NCBI GenBank assembly: GCA_051251855.1 | Contig: JBPOGI010000001.1 | Location: 704,001-768,000, forward strand | Reading direction: 5' to 3' | Source: Roseibacillus sp. | GTDB taxonomy: Bacteria; Verrucomicrobiota; Verrucomicrobiia; Verrucomicrobiales; Akkermansiaceae | Length of the DNA: 64,000 nt | In this document: piece after piece, positions 19,930 to 30,783 of the stretch | Position numbering within the stretch: the stretch's first letter is position 1 | How the letters are laid out: each line of letters opens with the position of its first letter | Program-made: the position numbers and the translations under genes | Notes under the pieces: model-generated | The model's input: the letters and a program-made list of their open reading frames with translations, nothing else | Database searches by the model: none | What the model was told of the DNA's origin: nothing

Positions 19930-20835
19930 TTACAAGCGGCGACGGCGACGGGCGAAAGCCAGTCCACCGAGGGCGAGAAGAGCGAGTGAGCTGGGCTCGG
20001 GAATAAGCGTTAAGGTGCTACCACCGCCAGTAATAGGGGTAACCAAGAAAAAATCGCTAAAGTTGCTGTCGGTGATTTGCGTTCCTCCAACGGTAACTAG
20101 GCGGGCAGCAGCAACCCCATCCACGAAAGTGCCATTCGCAACTGCACCATAGACCAATTCATCGATCCAGTCATCCACAGTATTCTCTGCTCCGGCTGTG
20201 AAACTTCCAGTCCAATCAGGGGCAATGGTGAAAGCTGAGTCAACGCCGCTGAGTCGGAGGTCAAAATTGTTAGGAACCACAATCGTAGCACTCCCACTCA
20301 TGTTGATACTAGCGTCTTCAGAGTTAACAATAATATCACTGCTGGCATTTGGGAAAGTCAAAACCCCACTAGACAGATTGAAAGCGGCATTCAATCCGTT
20401 GGCATTGAAGTTTGTGGTGGAACGAATTGTGCCTCCTTGAAGATTGTAAACACTGTTAGCATTTCCCCAGTTATATGACCCCGAGAGCGTTCCTGAAGTA
20501 TGGTTGATGGTTGCGCCCTCGAAGCCGCGAATCGTATTTGAGAATCTATCGAAACCACCCTCGTCTGGGGTCACGGTGCCATTACCAAGAGTAGATCCAT
20601 CGGTTGCGTTCCCTACGTTCCTTTGACCAGTGAAGGCAATGAGCCCAGTGTCGCCAGTACCTGGACGAACTCCGGTAGTTACCGGATCGTCGTCTATGTT
20701 CTCCCAGTTATCGGGATTTTCAAGCTCCCCTGTAGTGTAGACAAAAGAAGCTGCAGATGACGCGAGACAACTTGCTGCCAAGCATGAGCAGGAGAGAAAG
20801 GCTATCGGGTTCTTGCGCTGATAATTCGGATTCAT
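19930..20835 (-). CDS. PEP-CTERM sorting domain-containing surface protein
   Basis: Signal peptide; Gly/Asn/Thr-rich body; C-terminal IPEPSSLALLALGGLAFARRRRRL. Confidence 0.95.
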   Translation of the reverse strand: MNPNYQRKNPIAFLSCSCLAASCLASSAASFVYTTGELENPDNWENIDDDPVTTGVRPGTGDTGLIAFTGQRNVGNATDGSTLGNGTVTPDEGGFDRFSNTIRGFEGATINHTSGTLSGSYNWGNANSVYNLQGGTIRSTTNFNANGLNAAFNLSSGVLTFPNASSDIIVNSEDASINMSGSATIVVPNNFDLRLSGVDSAFTIAPDWTGSFTAGAENTVDDWIDELVYGAVANGTFVDGVAAARLVTVGGTQITDSNFSDFFLVTPITGGGSTLTLIPEPSSLALLALGGLAFARRRRRL

Positions 20836-21013
20836 TGGATTAACTTTAGTTGAGGAATTGGGTGAGTTCTATGGAGGCCTTGTCGTTTAACATGAGCTTG
20901 TCAAACTTTTGGACTTCTTGCTGGTCACCGCTAGCAGTGAACGTGCCTAGTTGAGTTCTCTCCAGCTAGAAATGAATTGACGTCTGTACCCTTTTTGGGG
21001 TCAGATTGTCGCT

Positions 21014-22093
21014 GTGAGTCCCATTCAGGTTCATTCTGCGGCCGAACAAGTGGCTCTTTACCTGAGAGAGCGGATTCGTCATGGGGAGATTCAGGAGGCT
21101 CTGCCGGGCGTGGTGCGAGTTTCTAAGATGCTGGGAGTCAATGCAAAGACGGTTGAATCAGCTCTTGAGATTCTTGAGAAGGAAGGAGTATTGCTCAATC
21201 AGGGACCAAGGCGGAAACGTCTCGTCAATCTGCAAGGAGTTCAGAAAAATACGAGAAAGGGGCGGATTCGCCTGGGAATTGTTCTCTACGAACCTTCGGA
21301 CCGTCAGTCTCCTTTAATTATGGAGATGGAGCATGCTCTCAACGAAGTCGGGCATGTGGTGACTTATGGCCAAAAAACGTTAACCGAGCTGAAAATGGAT
21401 TTGGCTGGGGTTGAAAAGTTGGTTCGAGGGGAAGAGGTCGATGCTTGGCTGGTGGCTGCGGGGTCACGGGAGGTTTTGGAGTGGTTTTCCCAGCAGCCGC
21501 TTCCAACCTTTGCTCTCTTTGGTCGCCGCAATCAAGTAGTTGTCCCGTCCATCGGACCAGAAACTGACAAGGCTTTCGTGGATGGAGTGAACTACCTTAT
21601 CGCACAGGGGCATCAGCGTATTGTGAAAATCTGCCGAAGTGAGAGACGGAAGCCATCCCCAGGAAAAGCGGAGAGAGAATTTCTGAAAACGCTCAAAGCC
21701 AACCAAATTCCTACTGGAGAGTATAATCTTCCGGATTGGGTAGAAACCCCAGAGGGTTTTCACAAGCTTCTGGAGTCTCTCTTCAAGGTCACTCCTCCAA
21801 CGGCTCTGATCGTCGATGAAGTTTGCTACTTCGTGGCAGCCTTTCAGTTTCTCGCGAGCAAGGGTTTGAAGGTGCCAGAGGATGTTTCCATGATCGTTGA
21901 AGAAGTGGATCCTAAATATCACTGGTGTCAGCCCCCCCTAGCTCATCTGCGTTGGGATCCCTCAGTGGTGGTGCGACGAATTGTTCAGTGGGCATCGAAG
22001 GTGAGCCAAGAGAAGCCTGATGTTCAGCGGTCCGTGGTCTCAGCAGAATTCGTGAAGGGAGGAACGGTGGGGCCGGCTCCGACGAAGTTATGA
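21014..22093 (+). CDS. GntR-type HTH + LacI-like substrate-binding domain transcriptional regulator
   Basis: SAAEQVALYLRERI, LPGVVRVSKMLGVN..TVESALEILEKEG; GHQRI, PTALIV, GLKVPEDVS. Confidence 0.85.
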   Translation: MSPIQVHSAAEQVALYLRERIRHGEIQEALPGVVRVSKMLGVNAKTVESALEILEKEGVLLNQGPRRKRLVNLQGVQKNTRKGRIRLGIVLYEPSDRQSPLIMEMEHALNEVGHVVTYGQKTLTELKMDLAGVEKLVRGEEVDAWLVAAGSREVLEWFSQQPLPTFALFGRRNQVVVPSIGPETDKAFVDGVNYLIAQGHQRIVKICRSERRKPSPGKAEREFLKTLKANQIPTGEYNLPDWVETPEGFHKLLESLFKVTPPTALIVDEVCYFVAAFQFLASKGLKVPEDVSMIVEEVDPKYHWCQPPLAHLRWDPSVVVRRIVQWASKVSQEKPDVQRSVVSAEFVKGGTVGPAPTKL

Positions 22094-22723
22094 GATTTCG
22101 CAGGCCTTGAGGAGGTCTCTGGGAGAGTCGAGCATGAAGGTAGGATTCTGACGCTTGAGTGCTTCTGGAGAGTTGAAGCCCCAAGTGGCAGCGGCGACGT
22201 GGATACCTGCTTTCTGGGAGGCACGGATGTCGCGGGTTTCGTCTCCGACGTAGAGCATTTTCGAGCGTTCCAAGGAGAAGGTTTTTTCAATGGCTCGCAG
22301 GTGTTTATGTTTACCTGAGAGCTTGGAGGTGCTGGAAATGAAGGTGAAAAGGTCGCGCAGGCCTTTGGCCTCGAGGAAGGCTTCGACGTTTTCGGTAGAA
22401 TTGGAGGTGAGGATGCCGAAACAGGTGCAGTGCTCGCGGAGTTGGGGGAGGAGTTCTGCGATTCCGTCATTGAGAGAGAGATTGGTGATGTCTGCACGAA
22501 GGGCTTTGCGGCCCTTGGCGAGCAGGGAGGGGACGCGTAGCTTGGAGACGCCGAGATGCTTGAGCAGTTCTTTGAGCTCAAAGTCTTGCAGGGCAGGGAT
22601 TTCGTCCATGGTGATGGAGCGAAGAGAGTAGAACTCGGCGAGGTTGTTATAGACCTCGACGGCAGCAGCAAGGGTGTCGGCGAGAGTTCCGTCGAAGTCG
22701 AAGATAAGGGCAGGGTAACGCAA
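22088..22723 (-). CDS. HAD family hydrolase (phosphoglycolate phosphatase-like)
   Basis: IFDFDGTLADT, ILTSN, YVGDETRDI, TWGFN. Confidence 0.9.
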   Translation of the reverse strand: MRYPALIFDFDGTLADTLAAAVEVYNNLAEFYSLRSITMDEIPALQDFELKELLKHLGVSKLRVPSLLAKGRKALRADITNLSLNDGIAELLPQLREHCTCFGILTSNSTENVEAFLEAKGLRDLFTFISSTSKLSGKHKHLRAIEKTFSLERSKMLYVGDETRDIRASQKAGIHVAAATWGFNSPEALKRQNPTFMLDSPRDLLKACEIS

Positions 22724-22745
22724 GGAGTGAGTGGTCAGGGATTGG

Positions 22746-23762
22746 TTAGAGAGTCGCCAACTTTAAGTTGGGATCAATATCGGTGGCGAGGTCAGATTGC
22801 TGGCCAGAAAGAAATTTTTGATGAGCGGCGAAGGCAATCATAGCGGCGTTGTCTGTGGAAAGATTGGGGGGGCTAGCGCGAAAGGTCAGGCCTTCAGAGT
22901 GACAGGCTGTGGCAAGGTGGTCGCGGAGGGTGGCGTTGCAGGAGACCCCGCCGGATAGAGTAACAAGCGAGAGGTCGTGTGCTTTTGCGGCACGCAGGCT
23001 TTTGGCGATGAGAACTTCAAAGACGGCGGCTTGAAAAGAGGCGCAGAGGTCGGGGAGCTGGTCCTTGGGATTCGCAAGTTTTTGGAGAGTGTAGAGTACG
23101 GCGGTTTTGAGCCCGGAAAAGGAGAAATCGAGATGTTCTTCGGTGAGCAGAGACCGCGGGAAGTCGAAGGCCGCCGGGTTTCCTTCTTTGGCGAGGCGCT
23201 CGATCTGAGGGCCGCCAGGATAGGGGAGTTCGAGCATTTTTGCGACTTTGTCGAAGGCTTCGCCGGCGGCATCATCGAGAGTTTGTCCAAGGAGTTGATA
23301 GCTGCCAACGGCGTCAACTTTGATGAGCATGGTGTGTCCGCCTGAAACGATGACCGCGAGGTGGGGAGGAATGTCCTCTTCGCCAACAAAGGGGCTGAGA
23401 AGATGGCCCTCCATGTGATTGATAGAGAGGAAGGGTTTTTGCGAAGCAAGGGCGAGACCTTTGGCAAAGGAATGGCCGACTTGGAGAGAGGAGGCAAGTC
23501 CGGGGCCGCCAGTGGCAGCGAAGGCGTCGATTTTTTGAGGGGTGAGATCAGCTTGAGTGAGGGCCTCGGCAACGAGAGGCTGGATATGCAGAGTGTGGTT
23601 ACGGGAAGCGAGTTCGGGGACGACGCCGCCGAGGTCCTTGTGGAGTTCGATTTGAGAAGAAATCAGGGAGACAAGGAGTTCGTTTTTGGAGGAACTTTTC
23701 TTTTTCCCGTAGATGGCGACAGCGGTTTCGTCGCAAGAGGATTCGATGGCGAGTAAAGGCAT
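22746..23762 (-). CDS. tsaD: tRNA N6-threonylcarbamoyladenosine transferase subunit
   Basis: LAIESSCDET, GGVVPELASRNH, NHMEGH, VSGGHT, DDAAGEAFDK, TDNAAMIA; start at ATG 23762. Confidence 0.97.
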   Translation of the reverse strand: MPLLAIESSCDETAVAIYGKKKSSSKNELLVSLISSQIELHKDLGGVVPELASRNHTLHIQPLVAEALTQADLTPQKIDAFAATGGPGLASSLQVGHSFAKGLALASQKPFLSINHMEGHLLSPFVGEEDIPPHLAVIVSGGHTMLIKVDAVGSYQLLGQTLDDAAGEAFDKVAKMLELPYPGGPQIERLAKEGNPAAFDFPRSLLTEEHLDFSFSGLKTAVLYTLQKLANPKDQLPDLCASFQAAVFEVLIAKSLRAAKAHDLSLVTLSGGVSCNATLRDHLATACHSEGLTFRASPPNLSTDNAAMIAFAAHQKFLSGQQSDLATDIDPNLKLATL

Positions 23763-23772
23763 AATGGCGGGC

Positions 23773-24540
23773 CTAGTTGCGGTATTCGCGCTGGGCCACG
23801 GGGAGGAACTCGCGCAGGGCGGTGATGCGGGTCTCGTTGAGAGGGTGGGTGCGAAGGAATTCAGCTCCTTGGCTTCCGCGGGAATTGTTGTAGGTGGCGA
23901 AGCGCTGCCACATGGCGACGGCTTCGTTGGGGTCGTAGCCCGCGCGTGCCATGAAGAGAGTTCCGATGCGATCTGCTTCGAGCTCTTGAGAACGTGAGAA
24001 GGTGAGACCGAAGGCAATGTTGCCTGCTCCGCTTAAAAGACGAGTGGCAGAGGCAGCGCTTTCTCCTCCAATGAGTCCTCCTAACACGGAGGCTCCCAAG
24101 CCGATGGTGCTTTGGTTTTTGATGCGGGCATCGGCGTGGTTGGAGGTGACGTGTGCGATCTCATGCGCAAGGACGGTGGCGAGACCGGCATCGTTTTTGG
24201 TGATTTGAAAGAGGCCGGAATTGATGCCTACTTTTCCGCCTGGGAGCGCAAAGGCGTTGGGGGTGGCATCCTCGAAGACCACGAATTCCCATTGAGCGTT
24301 GGGAAGAGTAATCACGCGGGTGAGGCGAGTGGCGACTCGGTTCACTTGGCTGCGGTAGTTTGCGTTTGTGGAGACCTTTTTTGCGGCCTTCATTTGCTGA
24401 AAGGCTTGAGCTCCCTGATTGACGAGGGCGGGTGAAGAATTTCGAATTTGGACGTTACCGTTAGGGCCAAGGGCGCTCGGAGCTGCGCAGGATAGAACGG
24501 CGAGGGGAAGAGCAAGGGGAAGGTAGCGACGAAGGTTCAT
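23773..24540 (-). CDS. M48 family metallopeptidase lipoprotein
   Basis: Lipobox VLSC; PNAFALPGG, HEIAH, ELEAD, FLRTHP. Confidence 0.92.
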   Translation of the reverse strand: MNLRRYLPLALPLAVLSCAAPSALGPNGNVQIRNSSPALVNQGAQAFQQMKAAKKVSTNANYRSQVNRVATRLTRVITLPNAQWEFVVFEDATPNAFALPGGKVGINSGLFQITKNDAGLATVLAHEIAHVTSNHADARIKNQSTIGLGASVLGGLIGGESAASATRLLSGAGNIAFGLTFSRSQELEADRIGTLFMARAGYDPNEAVAMWQRFATYNNSRGSQGAEFLRTHPLNETRITALREFLPVAQREYRN

Positions 24541-24602
24541 GGGTGTAGTTTGTAAACCGAGGACTTGAGTGTCAATTGAGAGATGCGGTTCCAGAATCGC
24601 TC

Positions 24603-26807
24603 CTATCGTGCGAGTTGAGATCTGAGCCCTGTTAGGATGGCGTCAGTGGAGGCGAAGGTTTTTATTTTCTCTCCGTTTTTCAGCAAGACTGCCGCATTGT
24701 TTCCTGCTGATGGGAGGTCCTTCAAAATTGAATTTTGGAGGATGGTGTTAATGCTATCAAACTCAGGTTGAGCGAGAGCGAGACGGAGAGATTGGTTACC
24801 CTTTTGAGCTTCCGCGACGACTAGAACGTAACCACCCAGGTTATTGAGGCCGGCTAGAAGGTAATCTGTGTGAACGACGGGAGCTCTTTTGAGCCCGGCT
24901 TCAAGCAGTGGAGTCTGGGCTTCGATTGCACTCGCGAGCTTGGGGTGTTGATGGCCCATGTTGGACATCTTTCTAAGGACTCCGTGGGCTATACCCCAAG
25001 TTGAAGGCCCGAAAATCATGTCCTTACTGTAAACTGGGAAGGTTAAGGGGTGGTTTTCGATGTTTGCCTCCACTAGATAGTTCTCTTTATCGAGGAAGTC
25101 GTCGAGGAGTATGGTTGTCAGGTTGAGAGAGACTTCAAGGAGCTGTTCTCTCCAAGTGACGCGATACCATTCTAAAAGAGCTTCAATAGTGACGGCGTAG
25201 TCATTTGCAAAGGCTTGGACCGTTCTTAAATCCCCTCTGGCAGGCACTCGAATGAGTCGTCCCTCGCTATCGACAAATTCGGTCAAAATTTCTTCCCCAA
25301 GACGATTGAGAGATTGAAGCGTTGACGGGCTAGGGGAGGCGGCATGGGCGCGGACGAGGGAGGTTAAGAGTCGCGCTTTGGGAGCAAGGATAGGCAGTTC
25401 TTCGGTTAAAAGAGCGTTGCTTGTTGTGAGGATTTCATTCCTACGCGCGCTGATCTTTTCGATGGCACTCGCTAAGAGCTTTTCGACCTCAGGTTCGTTT
25501 TTGCCGACTTTTTGCGCCAGGTCGGAACCGAAGAGTGCTAAGCCTAGGGTGTTGCGGCGGAAATAGAGTCGGCGTGGGTCATCAGAACTGGGGACGTTTC
25601 CAAGCCCTTTGAGGCCAAAGGCTGCTTTGGCTACGGCCATTTCGTCTTTGCTGAGAAGGTCCTCGACAGCGCTCGTGCTCCAGAAGTAGGCGAGTTCGTT
25701 CGTCTCGCCGGGGTAAAGAGCGGTCGATTGAATGGGGTTCTGTTCTAAGGCCTCAAGCATGTAGGCGATGGCTCTTTTGGATGCTGGAGTCGATGGACTA
25801 CTAGACATTGCGGAAAGCATTTCGGCCTGGGTTTTCAGAGTCTTGCTGAGAGCCGGGACAGAGAAGGACCGACTATTGCGACGGGTGAAAAAATAGCCGT
25901 CCAAGGGATCCCGAATGGCGGATTTGACGAGAAGATCGATCGATTCTTTACTCGCCTTTCGGGCGTCTTTTCGAAGGCGACTTGGAGCCGCCGGATGCGC
26001 GCTGATACGAGCTAGGCTGGTGATCAAGTTGCCGGGTGGGATTCCTCCCGTGTTGTCAAAAGTCTTGTCGATAGAGTCGTAGAGATCGCTGAGCGACTGG
26101 GCGGTGATGAAGAGGTCGTTCCTAGCAACTTGTTTGCTCCCTTCCTTCTCACCGAGAGAAAGCGAGGATTTGATACGCCCTCGTCGTCCCTCGTTGTCGT
26201 ATCGGCTGTTTTCGATGACATAGCGGGAAGATTTTTCGAGGATAGCCTCGACGGTGTTTTGAGCTCTACGGAAACCAAGGAGGAGGTTTTCTTCGTCTAC
26301 GCTAGAAACGGGAATCCATGCAACAGGGTTCCCCTCATGGCTGAGCCACATGAGAAAAGGAAAGGCGATTGATTCGCGACGCTCATTGGAGAGCATGTTG
26401 CAGGCGAGAGCAAGGGCTGGATCGAGCTCGGTATCGGCCAAGACCGGAACGTATTTTTCGTTGATCTCGGTTGTGAACTTGGACTCGAGTAACTGAGCCA
26501 GACTCTGAGACTTGGAGTGAGTCGTTGAGCCAACAAAGACAAAAATGAGTCGCTGGGAGCGCTCCGCGAGATCGAGAATTTCAGGGGTCCACGGTTGCCA
26601 GTGAATGGGAGAGGTTGATTGATTTCGGAGGAAGTTAGAAGGCTCCGTCGCAAGTCGGTTGATGCCAAGCTCAGGGATGTTTTCAGGAGGAGTTGAGAAG
26701 AATTCAGTGTTTTCCTGAACTTTTTGTTCTCCATCTTCATTTTTTGTCCGACATGCGGTCAAAGAGCAAAGAATGAGAAGGAGAAAGAGAACCTTAAGAT
26801 TTTGCAC
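24603..26807 (-). CDS. DUF255/YyaL-like thioredoxin + alpha/alpha-barrel lipoprotein (divergent)
   Basis: Lipobox LTAC; NRLATEPSNFL..Q...PIHWQPW N-terminus typical of the family. Confidence 0.7.
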   Translation of the reverse strand: MQNLKVLFLLLILCSLTACRTKNEDGEQKVQENTEFFSTPPENIPELGINRLATEPSNFLRNQSTSPIHWQPWTPEILDLAERSQRLIFVFVGSTTHSKSQSLAQLLESKFTTEINEKYVPVLADTELDPALALACNMLSNERRESIAFPFLMWLSHEGNPVAWIPVSSVDEENLLLGFRRAQNTVEAILEKSSRYVIENSRYDNEGRRGRIKSSLSLGEKEGSKQVARNDLFITAQSLSDLYDSIDKTFDNTGGIPPGNLITSLARISAHPAAPSRLRKDARKASKESIDLLVKSAIRDPLDGYFFTRRNSRSFSVPALSKTLKTQAEMLSAMSSSPSTPASKRAIAYMLEALEQNPIQSTALYPGETNELAYFWSTSAVEDLLSKDEMAVAKAAFGLKGLGNVPSSDDPRRLYFRRNTLGLALFGSDLAQKVGKNEPEVEKLLASAIEKISARRNEILTTSNALLTEELPILAPKARLLTSLVRAHAASPSPSTLQSLNRLGEEILTEFVDSEGRLIRVPARGDLRTVQAFANDYAVTIEALLEWYRVTWREQLLEVSLNLTTILLDDFLDKENYLVEANIENHPLTFPVYSKDMIFGPSTWGIAHGVLRKMSNMGHQHPKLASAIEAQTPLLEAGLKRAPVVHTDYLLAGLNNLGGYVLVVAEAQKGNQSLRLALAQPEFDSINTILQNSILKDLPSAGNNAAVLLKNGEKIKTFASTDAILTGLRSQLAR

Positions 26808-26921
26808 TCTTTATTGATGGCAAGTGGGCAGATGGTTGTCAACGGCATCTCATTGGGCAGGTATTGGGTAAGAAAAGACTTTTGCGAAGTGCCAAGGTGC
26901 ACAATCATCTCAACAGAAACA

Positions 26922-27701
26922 GTGATTACTATTGCGGTATCGAGTCAAAAAGGGGGGGTAGGAAAGACCACCCTCTCAATTAACCTTGCTCATTCCTTCG
27001 CTAGGAACGGGCGCAAGACTTTGTTGGTTGATGCCGACCCGCAAGGATCGGTGGGACTCTCGCTCACTCGGCAATCGAGAGTTCTCCCTGGATTTTATGA
27101 TCTGATGGCGGATCCAGTATATCCCATCGAACGCCTTATTGTGCCTACTCGTCTGGACACATTAAGCCTCGTGGCGGCTGGCCAGACGAGCGATTATGAG
27201 CTGGGAGGCGGAGAGATGGGGGTGACTCTTCATCGAGTGCGAGAGTTTTTACGCAGTGTGGAGGCACGGGGCTTCGAGGTCTGTATCATCGATACGGCGG
27301 CGGGACTCTTTGGGGCGACAGCCGATGTTCTTTCGGCTTCTTCGGCGGTCATTATTCCTCAGCAGGCGGAGCCGCTGGGAATACGGTCGGTGCCCAAACT
27401 GATGTCGGTGCTTGCCCGCATGCGCGTTGTGAACCCGCAGCTATCAGTGCTGGGACTCATCCTGACGATGATGCAGCCTGGTTTGGCCGAGAGCCGAGAA
27501 GCAGCTCAGGCTTTGAAAGATATTCTTCCCTCGGAACTTTTGTTCCAGACCATGATTCCACGTGATGACCTCTTTATTCGGGCAAGTGCTCGAGGGCTCC
27601 CAATCGGTGCTATGGAGAATGGAGCGGGTGCGATGGCAGTCTTTGACCGTGTCCGAATGGAAGTGGAGGCGAAGTTAACTGCTATGGCGCAGCAAAGATG
27701 A
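26922..27701 (+). CDS. ParA/Soj family ATPase
   Basis: SQKGGVGKTT deviant Walker A, LLVDADPQG, IIDT; start reassigned to GTG 26922. Confidence 0.9.
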   Translation: MITIAVSSQKGGVGKTTLSINLAHSFARNGRKTLLVDADPQGSVGLSLTRQSRVLPGFYDLMADPVYPIERLIVPTRLDTLSLVAAGQTSDYELGGGEMGVTLHRVREFLRSVEARGFEVCIIDTAAGLFGATADVLSASSAVIIPQQAEPLGIRSVPKLMSVLARMRVVNPQLSVLGLILTMMQPGLAESREAAQALKDILPSELLFQTMIPRDDLFIRASARGLPIGAMENGAGAMAVFDRVRMEVEAKLTAMAQQR

Positions 27702-28657
27702 GTGATGTGATTTCAGCATGGGTGGACCAGGATGAGATGCGGCGGTTGGCCGAGTCTCTTCTTTCCCGTCCCTATGGGCATGAGTTCAATCGCTTGGAGG
27801 TCGATTTTGGAAGCCAGTTCGAAGGTTTTGCTAGTGGAGTTTCTTCTGCTCCCGAACTTCCACCTACGGCTTCAGAAAAAATCGATGACCAGCCTGCTGT
27901 GAGGTCTCCCGAGCCCGAAGATGTCGAGGCCAGATCTTCGGCAACTTCCCCACCAGGACAAGCGCCTTCGGTCGTTCGTTCTGCGGTCCAGTTTCTGAAA
28001 AAAGCGCAAGCTGAGGGGCGCGCAGGGGGAGTGATGAGAGAGTCAAAGGAAGCTCCTCCTCTTCCTACCTCTCCACCTTCACAAAATGCGGAGGTGAACT
28101 ATTCCGAGCCCGCTAGGCCTGAGCCGAGACCCATCCATTCTCCCTTCCGTAGAGTGCGCGAAGTGGAAGCAGAAGCAGAAGCACCTGATCAGATGGTACA
28201 AGAGGTTGCCCAAGAAGAGCCACAGACTGCGGCCGCCAAGACGCCTGTAAGCCGGATCAAACGTCCTCCGGTTCCCTCGGCAGAGGAGCCCATTCTTGCG
28301 CGGGTGACCCATTTTGGGAAATGGTTAAAGGGGCCGGTGGGAGCGCGTAATTATTTTGTCTCTAACATCGAGGGGAAAATTCTCATCGATGAAGTTGCGA
28401 ATCCGAAGCTTATCCAAGTGGCTCGTTCGCTGGCGGGAGCGTCAGGAGCCAGTGATGGCGAGGTAGGAAGTCTGCATGTAAGGATCGGGGAAGAGTCGAT
28501 TTTGGAAGTAGTTCCAACCCCTTCGCAGTTTGGAACTTTGATTCTGGGACTGATTGTGGAGCACCCACTGCCAGAAGAGTTGATCCGAGAAATCCGTCTT
28601 GGCTTGGAGGAAGTCGCCAATGCCCGCTTAATCAAGACTCAGTCCAAGGAAGGCTAG
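27698..28657 (+). CDS. Hypothetical protein with Pro/Glu-rich linker, coupled to ParA
   Basis: ATGA overlap with ParA stop; low-complexity middle, compact C-terminal ~110 aa. Confidence 0.75.
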   Translation: MSDVISAWVDQDEMRRLAESLLSRPYGHEFNRLEVDFGSQFEGFASGVSSAPELPPTASEKIDDQPAVRSPEPEDVEARSSATSPPGQAPSVVRSAVQFLKKAQAEGRAGGVMRESKEAPPLPTSPPSQNAEVNYSEPARPEPRPIHSPFRRVREVEAEAEAPDQMVQEVAQEEPQTAAAKTPVSRIKRPPVPSAEEPILARVTHFGKWLKGPVGARNYFVSNIEGKILIDEVANPKLIQVARSLAGASGASDGEVGSLHVRIGEESILEVVPTPSQFGTLILGLIVEHPLPEELIREIRLGLEEVANARLIKTQSKEG

Positions 28658-28664
28658 GAGTTGC

Positions 28665-29546
28665 CTATTTGGCGAAAAACTCTTCGAGCTTCACTTTGAG
28701 AAGTTCGCGTTTGGTCGAAGGGCGAGAGGTGAGCCGTTGGAAGCGCTCGTCTTTGAAAAGCGCTTGGAAATTACAGTCCTTACAGAGGGCGCGAAGGTCG
28801 TCGCCGGTGAGGGTGACGGAGTTGATCTCAGGGACTTTGAGCACCTCTTGATTAGACTCTTCTTTGAGGGCTTGGGCGAGGTCCGCCTTGTCGCCAGAAA
28901 TAATGATGAGCTTGGCCAAGTTCAATCGAGAGCGGTAGTCGGCGGTATTGAGAAGGTCGATGTTCTCATGCCAAGTCGCGATCGGAGAATCATCGAGCCA
29001 TTGCTTGGCTTGAACGATGAGAGGGGTTTCGCCTGCTTTCTCGGCTCCCTCTGAGACATAGGTCTGGAGGTATTCTAGCTCGGCATTGGTGCCGAAGTAG
29101 CGGAGGGCTGTGATAGCGCCGTAAAGAGCGAGCGCGCCGATCAGAAGTCCAAAAATGGGAGCTAAAGGATTGCGGCTGGTTTTCCCTCCTGAGCCTCCTT
29201 CGTCGCTGCTTTCCGACTTTGCTTTGGGAGCCTTTTTCCTTTTTTTCGATTTGCCTGAAAAGACCCCAAGAAAGATTTGAATGATGACCATCGCCAAAAG
29301 GGCACAGACCCCGCCAGCGACTAAGGGCATCCAGCCAACGGCCTCTGGAACAAAATTTTGGATATAGGGAGGGGATTGCAGAAAGCCGAAAAGGAAGGCG
29401 GCTGAGGCGACTGAGAGAGAAATCAGGGTGATGATGGTCTTGATGATACCCTTGACGATGGAGATGAGTGCGAAAAGGAGCACGATCGCAACCATTGCGA
29501 TAGTGAGCGCAGTTTGATCGAGAGGGATTTTATCGAGAAAGTCCAT
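28665..29546 (-). CDS. Membrane protein, CvpA-like N-terminus
   Basis: Four hydrophobic segments, SIVKGIIKTII, GLLIGA; soluble C-terminal half. Confidence 0.55.
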   Translation of the reverse strand: MDFLDKIPLDQTALTIAMVAIVLLFALISIVKGIIKTIITLISLSVASAAFLFGFLQSPPYIQNFVPEAVGWMPLVAGGVCALLAMVIIQIFLGVFSGKSKKRKKAPKAKSESSDEGGSGGKTSRNPLAPIFGLLIGALALYGAITALRYFGTNAELEYLQTYVSEGAEKAGETPLIVQAKQWLDDSPIATWHENIDLLNTADYRSRLNLAKLIIISGDKADLAQALKEESNQEVLKVPEINSVTLTGDDLRALCKDCNFQALFKDERFQRLTSRPSTKRELLKVKLEEFFAK

Positions 29547-29611
29547 GGGGGAACCTTAGCGCGATTTCGAGCGAGAGAAATAGGAAAGGGAGTTCGTATC
29601 GAGGTGGATGG

Positions 29612-29697
29612 GAATTCTCGATGTAGCCGAGTTGATGATAACTCGGACGGGGAATACCGCCTCTTCACCAACCCAGCCCGAAGTGTCACCACTCCGG

Positions 29698-29700
<3 letters not shown>
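29612..29700. repeat. REPIN-like element (GTAG-type REP doublet), copy 1
   Basis: GTAGCCGAGTTGATGATAACTCGG ... CCGAAGTGTCACCACTCCGGCTA; homologous to reverse complement of 39309-39396. Confidence 0.85.

Positions 29701-30783
<1,083 letters not shown>

Noticed and set aside
23763..24017. N-terminal extensions in the ORF track (tsaD, also 4944, 17396, 26724, 44114, 52217, 52677, 58954)
   Set aside because: They overlap neighbouring genes, promoters or hairpins; family homology begins at the downstream starts used.
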